Assembly (NCBI RefSeq): GCF_004010195.1
Contig: NC_057718.1
Span: 54,944,497 to 54,966,068, forward strand
Direction of reading: 5' to 3'
DNA: 21,572 nucleotides
Source of the DNA: Chiloscyllium plagiosum
Taxonomy: Eukaryota
The stretch's first letter is position 1. The number at the start of each line of letters is the position of its first letter. Shown in pieces: positions 1-10,190 of this stretch. The notes beneath the pieces are model-generated. The model saw only the letters and a list, made by a program, of their open reading frames with translations, was not told the origin of the DNA and did no database searches. Made by a program: the position numbers and the translations under genes.

Positions 1-502
1 GTGCAATATTGTTTCTGGTGAAGTTGTCTGTATAATTATTTCATTGCTACATTACTGTTGATAAATAAACTTCTTGAAGTTGAACATTTTTTGAAATTGT
101 AAAGTATCTCTCATTTGAGTTGGTCTCTACAGCAAAATGAGTGCGCTGAATTTATGAAAGTCTGTAGTTATCCACATAAGCATAATATTTAATTTGCACA
201 TTCTGATCACAGAAGACATTGCACATAGTTAGCAATATATTTCAAGAGCTTCTTTAGATTTTACTTTTCAATGCCACATATATGATCCATGCCAGGATCT
301 TGTATGTGGATAAGTCTGAAGACCAGTTGCCAGGGAAGACTAAAAGGGTAACTCACTTTGGCCAGGGTAGGAAAGTTGGTGATTGTAGATTAGCTATGTG
401 TCTGTCATACATACCACTCGATTTTCCTTTCCATTATATTCATTGATCTGCAGCTGTGAGTTTTCTGCCCATATCCAAAATGGAAATTAACCCATTACAT
501 TC

Positions 503-1130
503 TTGAGAGAAACCATAACAGAGCTATGCATACTTTTGCAGCCAGACTTGAGATTTGCCTCGAGAGATTGCTCTCTCTGTCTTTGAAGGTTACAGCTGCA
601 TTGAATATTTTTACAGAAGGGTCTTTATAGGCAACCTTTGGAGACCTCTGTCACATTTTTAAAATTCCGTCCACAATTGTATCACACAAATCAGGGATGT
701 ATTTTAGCCAGGGCCAATAAAATTAACTGTTTCCCTTTGGAAAACAACTGACATAGGATTAAATTTTCCACTCCTGTCATGTTCCACGGAGTACGAGACA
801 TATTTGACTATATGCACGTTACACAATGATGGTGCATTCATGAACACAAAGAGCTAAATTCATGTGAATGTGGAGCTGTTCTGTGACCACTTTGCATGTA
901 TAGCCAATCCAAGAACATGTTGAACAAAATAAGACAAATGAAAGAAATACCAGATATACAGTTGGAGTTTGTCAGCAACAGCAGCTGAAGAGGAAGACAA
1001 ATTACTGTTCGAAAGGTTAAAGTGCAGGTAGAGTACAGTGTATTTTTGGCTATCCATTTGAAACTTCTAATGGTCGTACAGGGGCCATAGACCCCTATTT
1101 AAAAATGCCTGTGCTAAGTCACAGCAGGAG
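503..1130 (+). pseudogene. Decayed PIF/Harbinger (HARBI1-like) DDE transposase fragment
   Basis: Translated across frameshifts and stops, in collinear order: LRETITELCILLQPDL (503), LKVTAALNIFTEGSL*ATFGDLCHI (583), VHNCITQIRDVF (669), FHGVRDIFDYMHV (782; cf. FPxVxGxIDCTHV), GAFMNTKS*IHVNVELFCDH (831; cf. FxNRKGxHSxNVQxVCD) and GYP (~1048). Boundaries are approximate. Confidence 0.75.
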
Positions 1131-1292
1131 ATTCTATCATTTAGTTTCAGCCATTTACCTCAGCTACCAGGAAATTGGCTTTGAAATCAACCAGTAACTA
1201 TCCCTGATATGGCGATGTCTGTGTTGGACTAGAGTGTACAAAGTTAAAAATCACACAACACTAGGTTATAGTCCAACAGGTTTAATTGGAAG

Positions 1293-1327
1293 CACTAGCT
1301 TTCGGAGTGCCGCTCTTTCATCAGGTG
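1293..1327 (-). ncRNA. Minimal hammerhead ribozyme motif (family A)
   Basis: Minus strand reads cac-CTGATGA-a-agagc-ggc-actcc-GAAA-gcta-gtg. Stem I is cac/gtg, the palindrome is AGCT and the triplet is CUA. Stem II has two mismatches. Confidence 0.7.
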
Positions 1328-1341
1328 GTTGTGGACACAGC

Positions 1342-1376
1342 CAACTGATGAAGGAGCAGCGCTCCGAAAGCCAGTG
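1342..1376 (+). ncRNA. Minimal hammerhead ribozyme motif (family A), cleavage triplet mutated
   Basis: caa-CTGATGA-a-ggagc-agc-gctcc-GAAA-gcca-gtg. Stem II is perfect, but the U of the NUH triplet is changed to C. Confidence 0.65.
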
Positions 1377-1413
1377 CTTCCAATTAAACCTGTTAGACTA
1401 TAATCTGGTGTTG

Positions 1414-2280
1414 AGTAACTATACCATCAGTATGCTTCTCAGTCTTATGTAGAGTGATGGAACATGTCATTAACAGCATTATAAAGGCAGTAGTTACTCA
1501 GCAATTGCTCACTGATGCTTAACCTGGGCTCCATCAGTGCCATTTGGCTTTGACCTCATCACAGCCTTGGTCCAAACTCAGACAAAAGAAAATTCCAGAG
1601 GAGATGGGAGAATGACTGAAATGACCAAGAGTGGGGTCAAGGAGCTCTGGAAAGTTGAAATCAGTAGGAATAAGGGAAAATTTTCCACTGGCTGGATTCA
1701 GATCTTGCACAAAATAAATGCTTGTTGCTATTAGAGGTCCATCACGTCAGCCCCAGGCACTAATGCAGGAGTTGCTCAGGGTTGTTTTCTAACCTTATCA
1801 TGACCCTGCATCCCTTCATCCTAGGGAATGTTTGCTCATGATTGAACAAGGTTCAATGTCATTTGCATTTCCTTCAGATACTGAAGCAATCTGTATCCAA
1901 ATGTGGGAAGACCTGGAAAATATTCAGGCTTGGGCTGGTAAGTGGCAAGTAATATGCACATCACAAAGTGAAAATTAAACTATCTCCCCCTTTACATTCC
2001 ACAGTATTACCATTATTGAAATCCCCAATATCAACAACTTGGGAGTTAACATTGACAAGAAATTTAAATGCATTGGTCATAAAAAATACAGTGGTTACAA
2101 AAATAGGTCAGAGCCTTGGATTTCTGCAGCGAGTAACTCACCTGCTAACTCCACAAATTCTGTCATTCATCTACAAGGCACAAGTCAGGAATGTGACAGA
2201 ATGTACTCTGCTTCAAGTACACCTCCAACAACATGCCAAAACCTCAGTGGTATCCAGGACAAAGCAGTGTACATAATCTG
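1414..2280 (+). mobile_element. Decayed L2/CR1-group LINE, reverse transcriptase region (begins at ~1180, split by the PLE)
   Basis: DLITALVQT (1552), AGVAQG (1765; cf. GVPQG), GMFAHD (1825; cf. FADD), IQAWAGKWQV (1922), LLTPQILSFIYKAQVR (2142). Multiple stops and frameshifts. Confidence 0.85.
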
Positions 2281-2399
2281 TAAGATAGTATTCCATGTGC
2301 CTTCTTAATTACTTGCTGTAACTACATACTAACTTTCTATGACTCATCTACTGGAACAACTAGATCCCTTTGCTCCTTGAAATTCTGCTGTTACTCTCC

Positions 2400-2760
2400 A
2401 TCTAAGTAATGCTTTTTATTTGCCTTGCCAAAGTGAACAATTTCACATTATACTCTGCCAGATTTTTGTCCACTTGCTCAATCTATCTATATGCATCTGT
2501 AACCTTATTATATCCTCTTCACAATACTTTCCCACCTATCTTTGTGTAGTCTACAAATTTAACTACCATGCCTTCACCATGCCTTTGTGAAAAACTGACG
2601 CCCCAACGCAGACCTCTATACAGGATAATCCTCATCAAATGCTACCAGTCAGAAAAATACCTACTCATGTATACTCTGTTTTCTGCCAGCCAGTCAACCT
2701 TCCATCCATGCTAATATCTTGCCTAATACTGCACACCATTTACTTTTCACCACGTAAAAT
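2400..2760 (-). mobile_element. Decayed CR1 LINE RT fragment (downstream part)
   Basis: Minus strand reads MVVKFVDYTKIGG at ~2531-2569 (cf. KFADDTKIGG). Confidence 0.75.
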
Positions 2761-2770
2761 GTATCTTCGA

Positions 2771-3110
2771 AAGGTTACACAATCCTTTATCTGAAATCCT
2801 CATGGCCAGCTGTTTTTCAGAATTCGAAATTTTTCGGGTTTTGGAATAAATGACATTTTCACAGTGAAATTAAAAAAATCTTACTGAGCAGCAGATACAA
2901 GTGTGTCTACTAGGAGCACTGAGACACGATTGACACCTACCAGTGCTGGGCCACACTGCCACGTTACATCTGAGTGATGTGGGTCGAGTGACTGTGGAGT
3001 TGGGTTAACTGTTTGTACGCCAAATAACCTTGTTATGCAGAAAAAAACTTCACGAAAAGCACTTTGGATTTCGGAGCTTTTCAGATTTCAGATAAAGGAT
3101 TGTCTACCTG
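2771..3110. mobile_element. Tc1/mariner-group (Tigger/pogo-like) MITE, ~340 bp
   Basis: Perfect 20-bp inverted repeat acaatcctttatctgaaatc at 2779-2798 and 3084-3103. Right end is ACCTG followed by TA; the left end is eroded. Subterminal ttttc(a/g)gatttc-type repeats; it interrupts a CR1. Confidence 0.8.
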
Positions 3111-3112
3111 TA

Positions 3113-4050
3113 CTTACATTGGCTCCCCCTTATCCACATAACATATTACTCCTTCAGAAGGTTCCAAAAAATTGTTAAAACATGATTACAGTTTCACAAA
3201 TGTATTCTGGTGTTTATTGAATACTTTGAATTTTTAAAGGACCCAGCTATAGCCTCCTTCATGGTCAATTCAACACCTTTTATTTCAGACATCAAGAAAA
3301 CTGGCCTGTATTTACCTTATTTTCTGTCTGTCTCACTTCAATAATAGAGGCATTATATTTCCTACTTTCAGTCCTGAATTGAGGGAATTTTGGAAGTTTA
3401 ATACCAATACATTGCTACCTCATTGAAGTCCATCAGGACCTGGGGACTTGTCAGTCTGTAGTTCCATTAGTTTGCTCAGTACCACATTCCTAGTGATTAC
3501 AATTCCACCAAGTTTCTGTCTGTCTTCCACATCCTAGTTTATAGCTATTACTGGTATATGTTTTGTATCCTCTATAATGAAAACAAAAGCAAAGTATTTG
3601 TTAATTTCATGTGTCATTTCCATATCATCTATTGTGAACACTGCATTCCTATTGTTAGAGAACCAATGCTAATTTTATTTATCCCTTTTCTATTTTTAAA
3701 TACCTGTAGAAACTCTTGCTACCCATTTTTTACATTTCTGGCTAATTTGCTCTACTATTCTAATTTCCTGAATAACCTTTTAGTCATTCTCTGCCATTCT
3801 TTATATTTTGGCAAATCATTTGACTTGTCACTGACCTGAAATAATTTTTTTTTTCTTTTTTGATGCTTTCCTTAATTTCTTTATGTTATTGTAGGAATAT
3901 AAGAGTTTTGTGAAATATCTCTTAAATGTATCTCTGTTGATAGTGGTCCAGTGCACTTCAGATAACTCAGCTTTCATGTTTAATATACTAATCTTAGAAA
4001 CATTCTTCTCCCTTTCAATCTGAATGTAAAATTCAATCATATTTTAGTCG
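3113..4050 (-). mobile_element. Decayed CR1 LINE ORF2 fragment (upstream part)
   Basis: Minus strand reads DKSPGPD at ~3432-3452 and CFNNFLEPSEGVICYVDKGEPM at ~3118-3183 (cf. CLTNLLEFFEGVxxxVDKGEP). Confidence 0.75.
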
Positions 4051-4455
4051 AAGACCAGAACAGGTGAAAACGGGAAGGTCTTACCCTAAAGAAGATCAGT
4101 GAAACAAATGGATTTTTATCGAAATCTGGTGGCTTTAAATCCACATTACTGATATTAATTTTATAATTCAAGATTTATTTAATTAACAGCATTTAAATTG
4201 CTCAGTTGCCATTGTGAATTTTGAACTCATGTCACTGGATTATTAGGAGGAAATGAGGACTGGAGATGCTGGAGATCAGAGTCGAGACTGTGGTGCTGGA
4301 AAAGCAGAGCTGGTCAGGCAGCATCCAAGGAGCAGGAGAGTTGACTTTTCAGACAGAAGCCACATTCCTGATGAAGGGCCTATGCCTGAAATGTCAACTC
4401 TCCTGTTCATTAGATTATCAGTCCACTTTTCTGGATTACTAGATCTATAACACAA
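4050..4455 (-). mobile_element. tRNA-derived SINE (same family as 7400-7830), interrupted by a PLE end
   Basis: B-box-like gagttcaaaat on the minus strand (4218-4228). The body aligns by eye with the copy at 7400-7830. Confidence 0.6.
4247..4406. mobile_element. Penelope-like fold-back end, family B, hammerhead motif on + strand
   Basis: Tail is on the left. Inverted segments caggagagttgac / gtcaactctcctg. CTGATGA(4368)-a-gggc-ctat-gcct-GAAA-tgtc. Degenerate TSD tcactggattattag (4232-4246) / tcattagattatcag (4407-4421). Confidence 0.75.
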
Positions 4456-5244
4456 TTTCTATGTTCCATCCACTGTCTTTAATTATAATCAAGCACAGCT
4501 ATGTGGCTAAATGGAAACTTTTTTGATTATAAATGCTTAACTGTATTCAATTTAGAATCCAACCCAAGCAAATCCTTTGCTCAAAATAATAAAGATATCA
4601 TCATTCTCCTCGAAACCATTGCCTGTATGGAATAAGGTAAAATGCAGCTAATATTCCTGCATCCACTTCATTTTCTCAGGAATGTGCAGCCAAATAGTAG
4701 TTACATTTTAATGATCAAAGGAACTGACAAGGCAATCAGATCTCTGCTAATATTCAAAAAAGTTAAAATATTTTCAAGTCTGTTTATAATCACAGAACTA
4801 TTAAAATTAATTTAAGTGATTGCTAATGTCCCAGACTGCCACCTTGGGAATACAGAACACTGCTTGTCTAAAATCAGTTCAGGCTGATTCTGTACATTAA
4901 AGGTATTTTACTTCATTCAAGTAAATTTTGAAATAATCATGTAAATTTTGTAATATAACAGTGTACTAATTCAAAAAGCACTTGGCTGCAGTGTTGAAGA
5001 ATCATTCACTATGAGCACAGATAAACAGTGAAAAGTACAGGGTATTGAAGTGGTTTGTATTGTAATGATGGAAGTGAGAAGCTTTGTGTGGTTTTCCTTC
5101 CAGCAATCAACTGCTGGTACTAGTCTAAGCAACCGATAACACGTGGGGAGGATGTCCATACAAAGTCTTCAGCAAGGTCTAGGCTCAATCTAGATAAACA
5201 ATAAACAGGTTTGATATATATTACTTAGTAGCTGGTTACATCTG

Positions 5245-5340
5245 AGTGGGAACGATCAGCCATGATCATATTGAATGGTGAAACAGGCTTGAAGAGTTGA
5301 ATGACCTACTTATGCGTCTATTTTCAATGTTTTTATGTTT
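5245..5340 (+). mobile_element. CR1 LINE 3' terminal fragment
   Basis: gatcagccatgatcatattgaatgg...gaatgacctact followed by a tatgttt-type tail. Confidence 0.7.
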
Positions 5341-5614
5341 GTGTGTACGATTTTGTAATGAATCACACATCCTGACTTATCCTTTGAGTATTTCAATTGA
5401 GAAATAATCAGTCTGCTATTTTGAAGACCAATTCTGCTATTTTCCCACTTTATCTGTGCCACAGATGTCCTGTAAATGATATGGTGTTGAATTAGCTGCG
5501 TGCTGATAACAAGCTGCCACTCAAGAATTGCAAAATCTGGATATGCCATTCCTTAACTGCTGACTGCAAAATCCAGACCAGTTACAAACAAGTATGATTT
5601 ATTTAAATTGTTTA

Positions 5615-6532
5615 ACAGCCACTACCATCATTGAATCCCTTGCTATCAACTGAGTGGGAGTTATCAAACGTAACTGGACCAGCTATATAAATATTGCGGC
5701 TGTAAATGCAGTTCAAAGATTGGGAATTCTGTGGTGAGTAATTCACCTCTTGATTTCCCAAATTCTCTCTACCATGTAAAGGACAGAAATGAGAAGTAGC
5801 TGAAAATGTGTTGCTGGAAAAGCGCAGCAGGTCAGGCAGCATCCAGGGAACAGGAGAATCAACATTTCGGGCATAAGCCCTTCTTCAGCCCTTCTTTCGG
5901 CTTATGCCCGAAACGTCGATTCTCCTGTTCCCTGGATGCTGCCTGACCTGCTGCGCTTTTCCAGCAACACATTTTCAGCTCTGATCTCCAGCATCTGCAG
6001 ATCTCACTTTCTCCTCAAAGAAATGAGAAGTACAATGGAATACTCCCCACTTGCCTGGATAAATACCATTCCAACGGCACTCAAGAGGCTCAATACCATC
6101 TCGACTAAAGCAGTCTGCTTAATGCCATACACCACCTAAAACATTCAACCCCTCCAGCACCATTGTCCACAGTACTAACCATGCATACCATTTACAAAAT
6201 GCCATGCAGCAATTCACTCAGGCTCTTCTCAAAGTACCTTTGAACTCTGCAGGAACTATCATCAAAAGGAACATGTACATAGATATTTAGGAACACCACC
6301 ACCTGGTTCTTTATTCCAATAACACACCATCCTGGAAATATATTGGCACTTCTTCATTGCTGCTCGGTCACAATCTTGGAAATCCCACCCTATAGCATTG
6401 TGGGTGTACCTACATCATAAGAACGATAACGGTTGAAGAAGCTGGCTTACAGCCAAGTTCTCAAGGCTAATTCAGATTATGGATTAAATGTTGGCCTTGT
6501 CAGCGATCCTGACATCCCATCAATCATAAAAT
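5615..6532 (+). mobile_element. L2/CR1-group LINE 3' part, interrupted by a PLE at 5799-6018
   Basis: MEYSPLAW at 6035. Collinear with 2000-2280. The 3' end (gttgaagaag...ctcaagg...aaatgttggcc...catccca) matches the tail at 15005-15210. Confidence 0.8.
5799..6018. mobile_element. Young Penelope-like fold-back insertion, family B
   Basis: 82-bp arms 5798-5879 and 5899-5980 with 2 mismatches, both at CpGs; tail 5981-6018. Perfect 14-bp TSD agaaatgagaagta at 5785-5798 and 6019-6032. Minus strand reads CTGAAGA-a-gggc-ttat-gccc-GAAA-tgtt. Confidence 0.9.
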
Positions 6533-6889
6533 AGAACATTCTGAACATTAAACAATATAACAGAAGGAGGAATCAGATGTTTACTTGTAATAAAATGTAT
6601 TGTGTGGAATTTTCATTCTGAGGCTCAGTATGGAGGCAGATCAAAAAACAGGAGGGATTTCCACTTGGGGGCAAGATGGATTTCTCATACAATTAGGTTC
6701 ATACAAGCTTATTAACATATTTGTACTTAGGCAAAATGCCTGGCAAGCAGGTAGGAATTTCTGAAGTCCACAGGGATCTTTCAGCCATTATATTGGCACT
6801 GAGATAGCACTTCACGGTCTGCAATCCAGGATCATCAATGGACCTCAGCTCCCCACTGCCATGCATCCTTGTGATTTTAGACACACACA

Positions 6890-7105
6890 AAAGAAGAATG
6901 CTGCACACTTCAGGTGTTCTCCCGCAGGGCATCTACGAAACAAGGAAAGTGGTGTTTCCCAGGGCTAGCAACACAAGGTCATCCTGAATCACCAAGGTGA
7001 CTTGAATGGAGGTTGCTGCAGCAGTTTTCACCTATGGCAAAAGAAAAGCTGCTGTCATCATACAAAGATATCTCCTACACTGTTGTTCACACATCTGAAG
7101 GTAAC
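6890..7105 (+). pseudogene. Decayed Harbinger Myb/SANT-like DNA-binding ORF fragment
   Basis: VLPQGIYETRKVVFPRASNTRSS*ITKVT*MEVAAAV in one frame from 6916; TGA sits where the conserved Trp of AWxEVAxxV is expected. Ends near AAG|gtaact at 7100. Confidence 0.55.
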
Positions 7106-7399
7106 TACAGTGCCTCTGTACACGTGACTTTCTCTGTCGTCTGTTCTGCAATGCTTAAGAGACTGGCTCCCCTCCTCATGCACAACTTCCCCATTCACAG
7201 CTGAAGCCTCCTACACCTCAAGTTTCCAATTCTACTGTCATAGCACTTCCTTTTTTCTCTTTATCTTCTTAGTCTCAACAATGCTAAAACTACTGCTGGT
7301 TTCAATAATTCTAGCCTCTGGAATGGAGGTACTGATCTGTAACAAAATGGTAGGATGCTTTCCATTTAAGGTCTTGACACAGTCACTTCACGTTTGGGC

Positions 7400-7830
7400 C
7401 CTTATCATTCTGGGGTATGGGCATCACTGGCTAGATCAGTATTTATTGTCCATTCATAATTATCCAGAGGGCAATTTAGTGTCAACCACATTGTTATGGC
7501 TCTGTGATCAGAAAAGCCAGACCGGGTAAGCATGGCAGATTTCCTTCCCTATAAAACGTTCATGAATCAGATGGGTTTTCACAACAGTCAGCAATGATAA
7601 CATGGTCATCACTGGATTTTTGGATTGATCATTGCATCAGGTTTTTTTAGTTGAATCCAAATGTTACCATTAATGGCAACTAGGGATGGGTAATAAATGC
7701 TGGCCAACCAGTGATACTCACATCCCACAAATGAATAAAAATAATCTGCCATGGTGGGATTCAAACCCATGTACCCAAAATGTTAACCTGAGGTTTGGGA
7801 TTACTGGTTGAGTGACATTAGTATTGTGAT
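7400..7830 (-). mobile_element. tRNA-derived SINE with L2-type 3' tail
   Basis: B-box ggtttgaatcc on the minus strand (7757-7767). The tail at 7405-7460 is antisense to the LINE tails at ~6470-6530 and ~15140-15200. Confidence 0.7.
7675..7744 (+). mobile_element. 70-bp LINE/SINE 3' tail fragment nested in the SINE
   Basis: ggcaactagggatgggtaataaatgctggcc...catcccacaaatgaataaaa, similar to 15140-15210. Confidence 0.75.
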
Positions 7831-8499
7831 GGGGAGCCATGCTGCTCCTACTGCCACTGGTTCATGGAGAGGTACACCCCATTAACTCTCCATAAACCTT
7901 GAGTGTTTTTTTCTCTTTCCTAATGCTTCCATGTGCACAATATTTGTTTGCTTTATCATTGCTTTCCATGCATGTAGTAATTTGCACAATATGATTCTTG
8001 TTGTCCTTCATTACCATCAATGATGTAACCCTTGCACATTGCTTCCATAACATTTCCTTCCCCATGCCATTAACTTTCATAAGAATGGGCCTGTGAATGG
8101 TCTTGATCAGCTGATTGTACCTTAATTCCACACTGCTTCTCCCCATCACATTCCCCAGAGCTGCTGATGAATCTTGGTCACTCTTCTTGTGAAAGGCTTC
8201 TTGTGAATGACTGGAACTAGTTGTGAGATTGCTGTTTGTAGCTTTTAACCCTTATTCATCTTTAATATGCACTGATTGATTTGCTTCAATGCAAAGACCT
8301 TAATGGGGTACTCAGAAAACAGTTTTCTTCACTTCAGTTTTGACAGATGGTTTTGAGTGTGTGAATGCTATGCATACAAATTCAACACTTTTTTAGATAA
8401 TTGACTGCAATTATAGAAAGTCACAATCCGAAGCAATTTCTTACCTAAAGGTCACGATTATTTAAAAGGGATTTGGTCAAATGGCTCCAACAAGTTGTA

Positions 8500-9290
8500 T
8501 TGAAAAATAACAGATATTTATACATTTATTAATATGGATAAAAATAACAGGTAAAAGATTAATTGGTTAACAAGAAGTATAGAAGAGGTGTAAATGGGTA
8601 TTTTTTGGGTTGTCAAGCTGGGTCTAATGGAGTGCCGCAGGGATCAGGACCTTAGGATTCACAATCTATATCAATAACTTGGATAAAGAGACTAAATATA
8701 TGGTTGGTAGATTTAGGTTAGAGTGGTGCTGGAAAAGCACAGCAGGTCAGGCAGCATCCAAGGAGTAGGAAAATCAATGTTTCTGGCAAAAGCCCTTCAT
8801 CAGGACTGAAGGCCTTCAGTCTTGATGAAGGGCTTTTGCCTGAAACGTTGATTTTCCTACTCCTTGGATGCTGCCTGACCTGCTGTGCTTTTCCAGCACC
8901 ACTCTAATCTCGACTCTGATTTCCAGCATCTGCAGTCCTCATTTTTGCCTGGTTGGCAGATTTACCAATTACACCAAAATAGGTAGAAAAGTAAGTTGTC
9001 AGTAGTATCAAAGATTCTGCAAAGGGATTTGGCAGGTTAAGTGAGTAAATAAAAATTTGACAGATGGAATATTATGTGGGGAAATATGAACTTGTTCATG
9101 TTTGCAGAAAGAGTAGCAAAGCAGTTTACTATTTAAATGCAAACAAATTGGTGAACTCCGTTGCACAGAGAGATCAGGTGTCCTGATATCTGCATCACAA
9201 AGATATTACTATGCAGACACAGCAAGTGATTAGGGAGGTAATTAGAATGTTGAAATTTAATGAAAGGGTAATGAATTATAAAAGTAATAG
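8500..9290 (+). mobile_element. Decayed CR1 LINE RT region, split by a PLE
   Basis: GVPQGS (8629), TIYINNLDKETKYMVGRF, then FTNYTKIGRKVSC after the insertion (cf. FADDTKIG), and *QMEYYVGKYE (cf. WQMEYNVGKCE). Confidence 0.85.
8716..8949. mobile_element. Penelope-like loop-less palindromic insertion, family B, two hammerhead motifs
   Basis: 95-bp arms 8718-8812 and 8813-8907 with 3 mismatches and no spacer; tail 8908-8949. 15-bp TSD tggttgg(t/c)agattta at 8701-8715 and 8950-8964. Confidence 0.9.
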
Positions 9291-9437
9291 CTCACAGATT
9301 CATGGAGCATCAGGTAAACTGAGGGCCAGAGATTAGACCAATTACTACTAGAAGAAAAATATTGATATGACAGCTTATACTTATTTCAAAAGGATATCAA
9401 AAGCAGTTAAAACCCCAATAACATGGATTTATATGAT

Positions 9438-9650
9438 AGAAACAACTTGCCTTTTATATTGTATCCTTGATATCTTTATCTTAGCCTAAAGCGTTTTGCA
9501 GCCAATGTGACCTTATCACTTTATAATGTCGGAAACATAGCAGTCAATTTGCACATACCAAAGCCTCACAAATAACAAAAAGATAATGGCCTGAGAGTTA
9601 GTCTGTTATTAGTGACATTGGTTTGTGGATAAATGTTCACCAAAACACTA
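9438..9650 (-). mobile_element. Deu-domain-type SINE (AmnSINE1/SacSINE1-like), 3' half
   Basis: Minus strand gtgcaaattgactgctatgtttccgacatt...cattggctgcaaaacgcttt...tataaaaggcaag resembles the 3' region of this SINE group and the copy at 16998-17125. Confidence 0.6.
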
Positions 9651-9725
9651 ATGTAATTTAAATATAGCAACTTAAAGTGTTTAATTTAAAGTAAAAATGT
9701 ATTTTAAATACAACTGATCGACAGA

Positions 9726-9875
9726 AAGGGCTTATGCCCGAAATATCGACTCTCCTGCTCCTCAGATGCTGCTCCTCAGATGCTGCTCCTCAGATGCTGC
9801 CTGACCTGCTTTGCTTTTTCTAGTGCCACACGTTTGGACTCTGACTCTCCAGCATCTGCAGTCCTCACTTTCTCC
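9726..9875 (+). mobile_element. Penelope-like 3' end, family B, single arm with partial hammerhead
   Basis: agggc-ttat-gccc-GAAA-tatc (CTGATGA box lost), running through the tail ccagcatctgcagtcctcactttctcc. Confidence 0.8.
9755..9800 (+). repeat. Tandem repeat, 14-bp unit x3
   Basis: ctgctcctcagatg three times exactly (9755-9796), followed by ctgc. Confidence 0.95.
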
Positions 9876-9969
9876 AAAAAACTTTAAAATGGGTTTACTA
9901 GTAGCTTGACAAACATTTGCTCTAACTTTCATAAAAACTGATGTGTAGAGATTGTTTCTTTTCTGTTAG

Positions 9970-10190
9970 AATCACTCTCTTCAGCCTTCCACGCCACCTA
10001 CTCCACTAAACTAGGTCTAATCAAGACCACAAATAATATTCTCAATGAGGACGAGGGTGCATTCTTCCTCCTGTCAACTGTTCTCGGTAACTTCTGATAC
10101 AATCAACTGCATAACCCTTCTCCAAAGGCTGTTTTCCATTGCCCCACAGGGCAGGACCTGACATGGCATGTTTTCCATCTTACCCAATAT
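9970..10190 (+). mobile_element. Old L2 LINE RT fragment
   Basis: FHATYSTKLGLIKTTNNILNEDEGAFFLL from 9987 (cf. FRxxHSTETALxKVTNDILxxDxG). Confidence 0.65.

Larger units (their letters stand above)
1205..1413. mobile_element. Penelope-like fold-back end, family A, with a hammerhead motif on each strand
   Basis: 78-bp inverted arms 1256-1333 and 1336-1413, plus a ~50-nt unpaired tail on the left. Flanking direct repeat agtaactat(c/a)cc at 1193-1204 and 1414-1425. Confidence 0.85.

Noticed and set aside
4552..4622. Minus-strand acceptor followed by GNGFEENDDIFIILSKGFAWVGF*
   Set aside because: Short and unrecognised, with no supporting neighbouring exon.
5465..5591. Exon-like segment with a good acceptor (ccacag) and a gtatga donor
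   Set aside because: It has stops in all three frames; at most a non-coding exon, with no other support.
5612..6139. Two ORFs with the identical start MLPDLLRFSSNTFSA
   Set aside because: They are opposite-strand readings of the two arms of one PLE palindrome, not paralogous genes.
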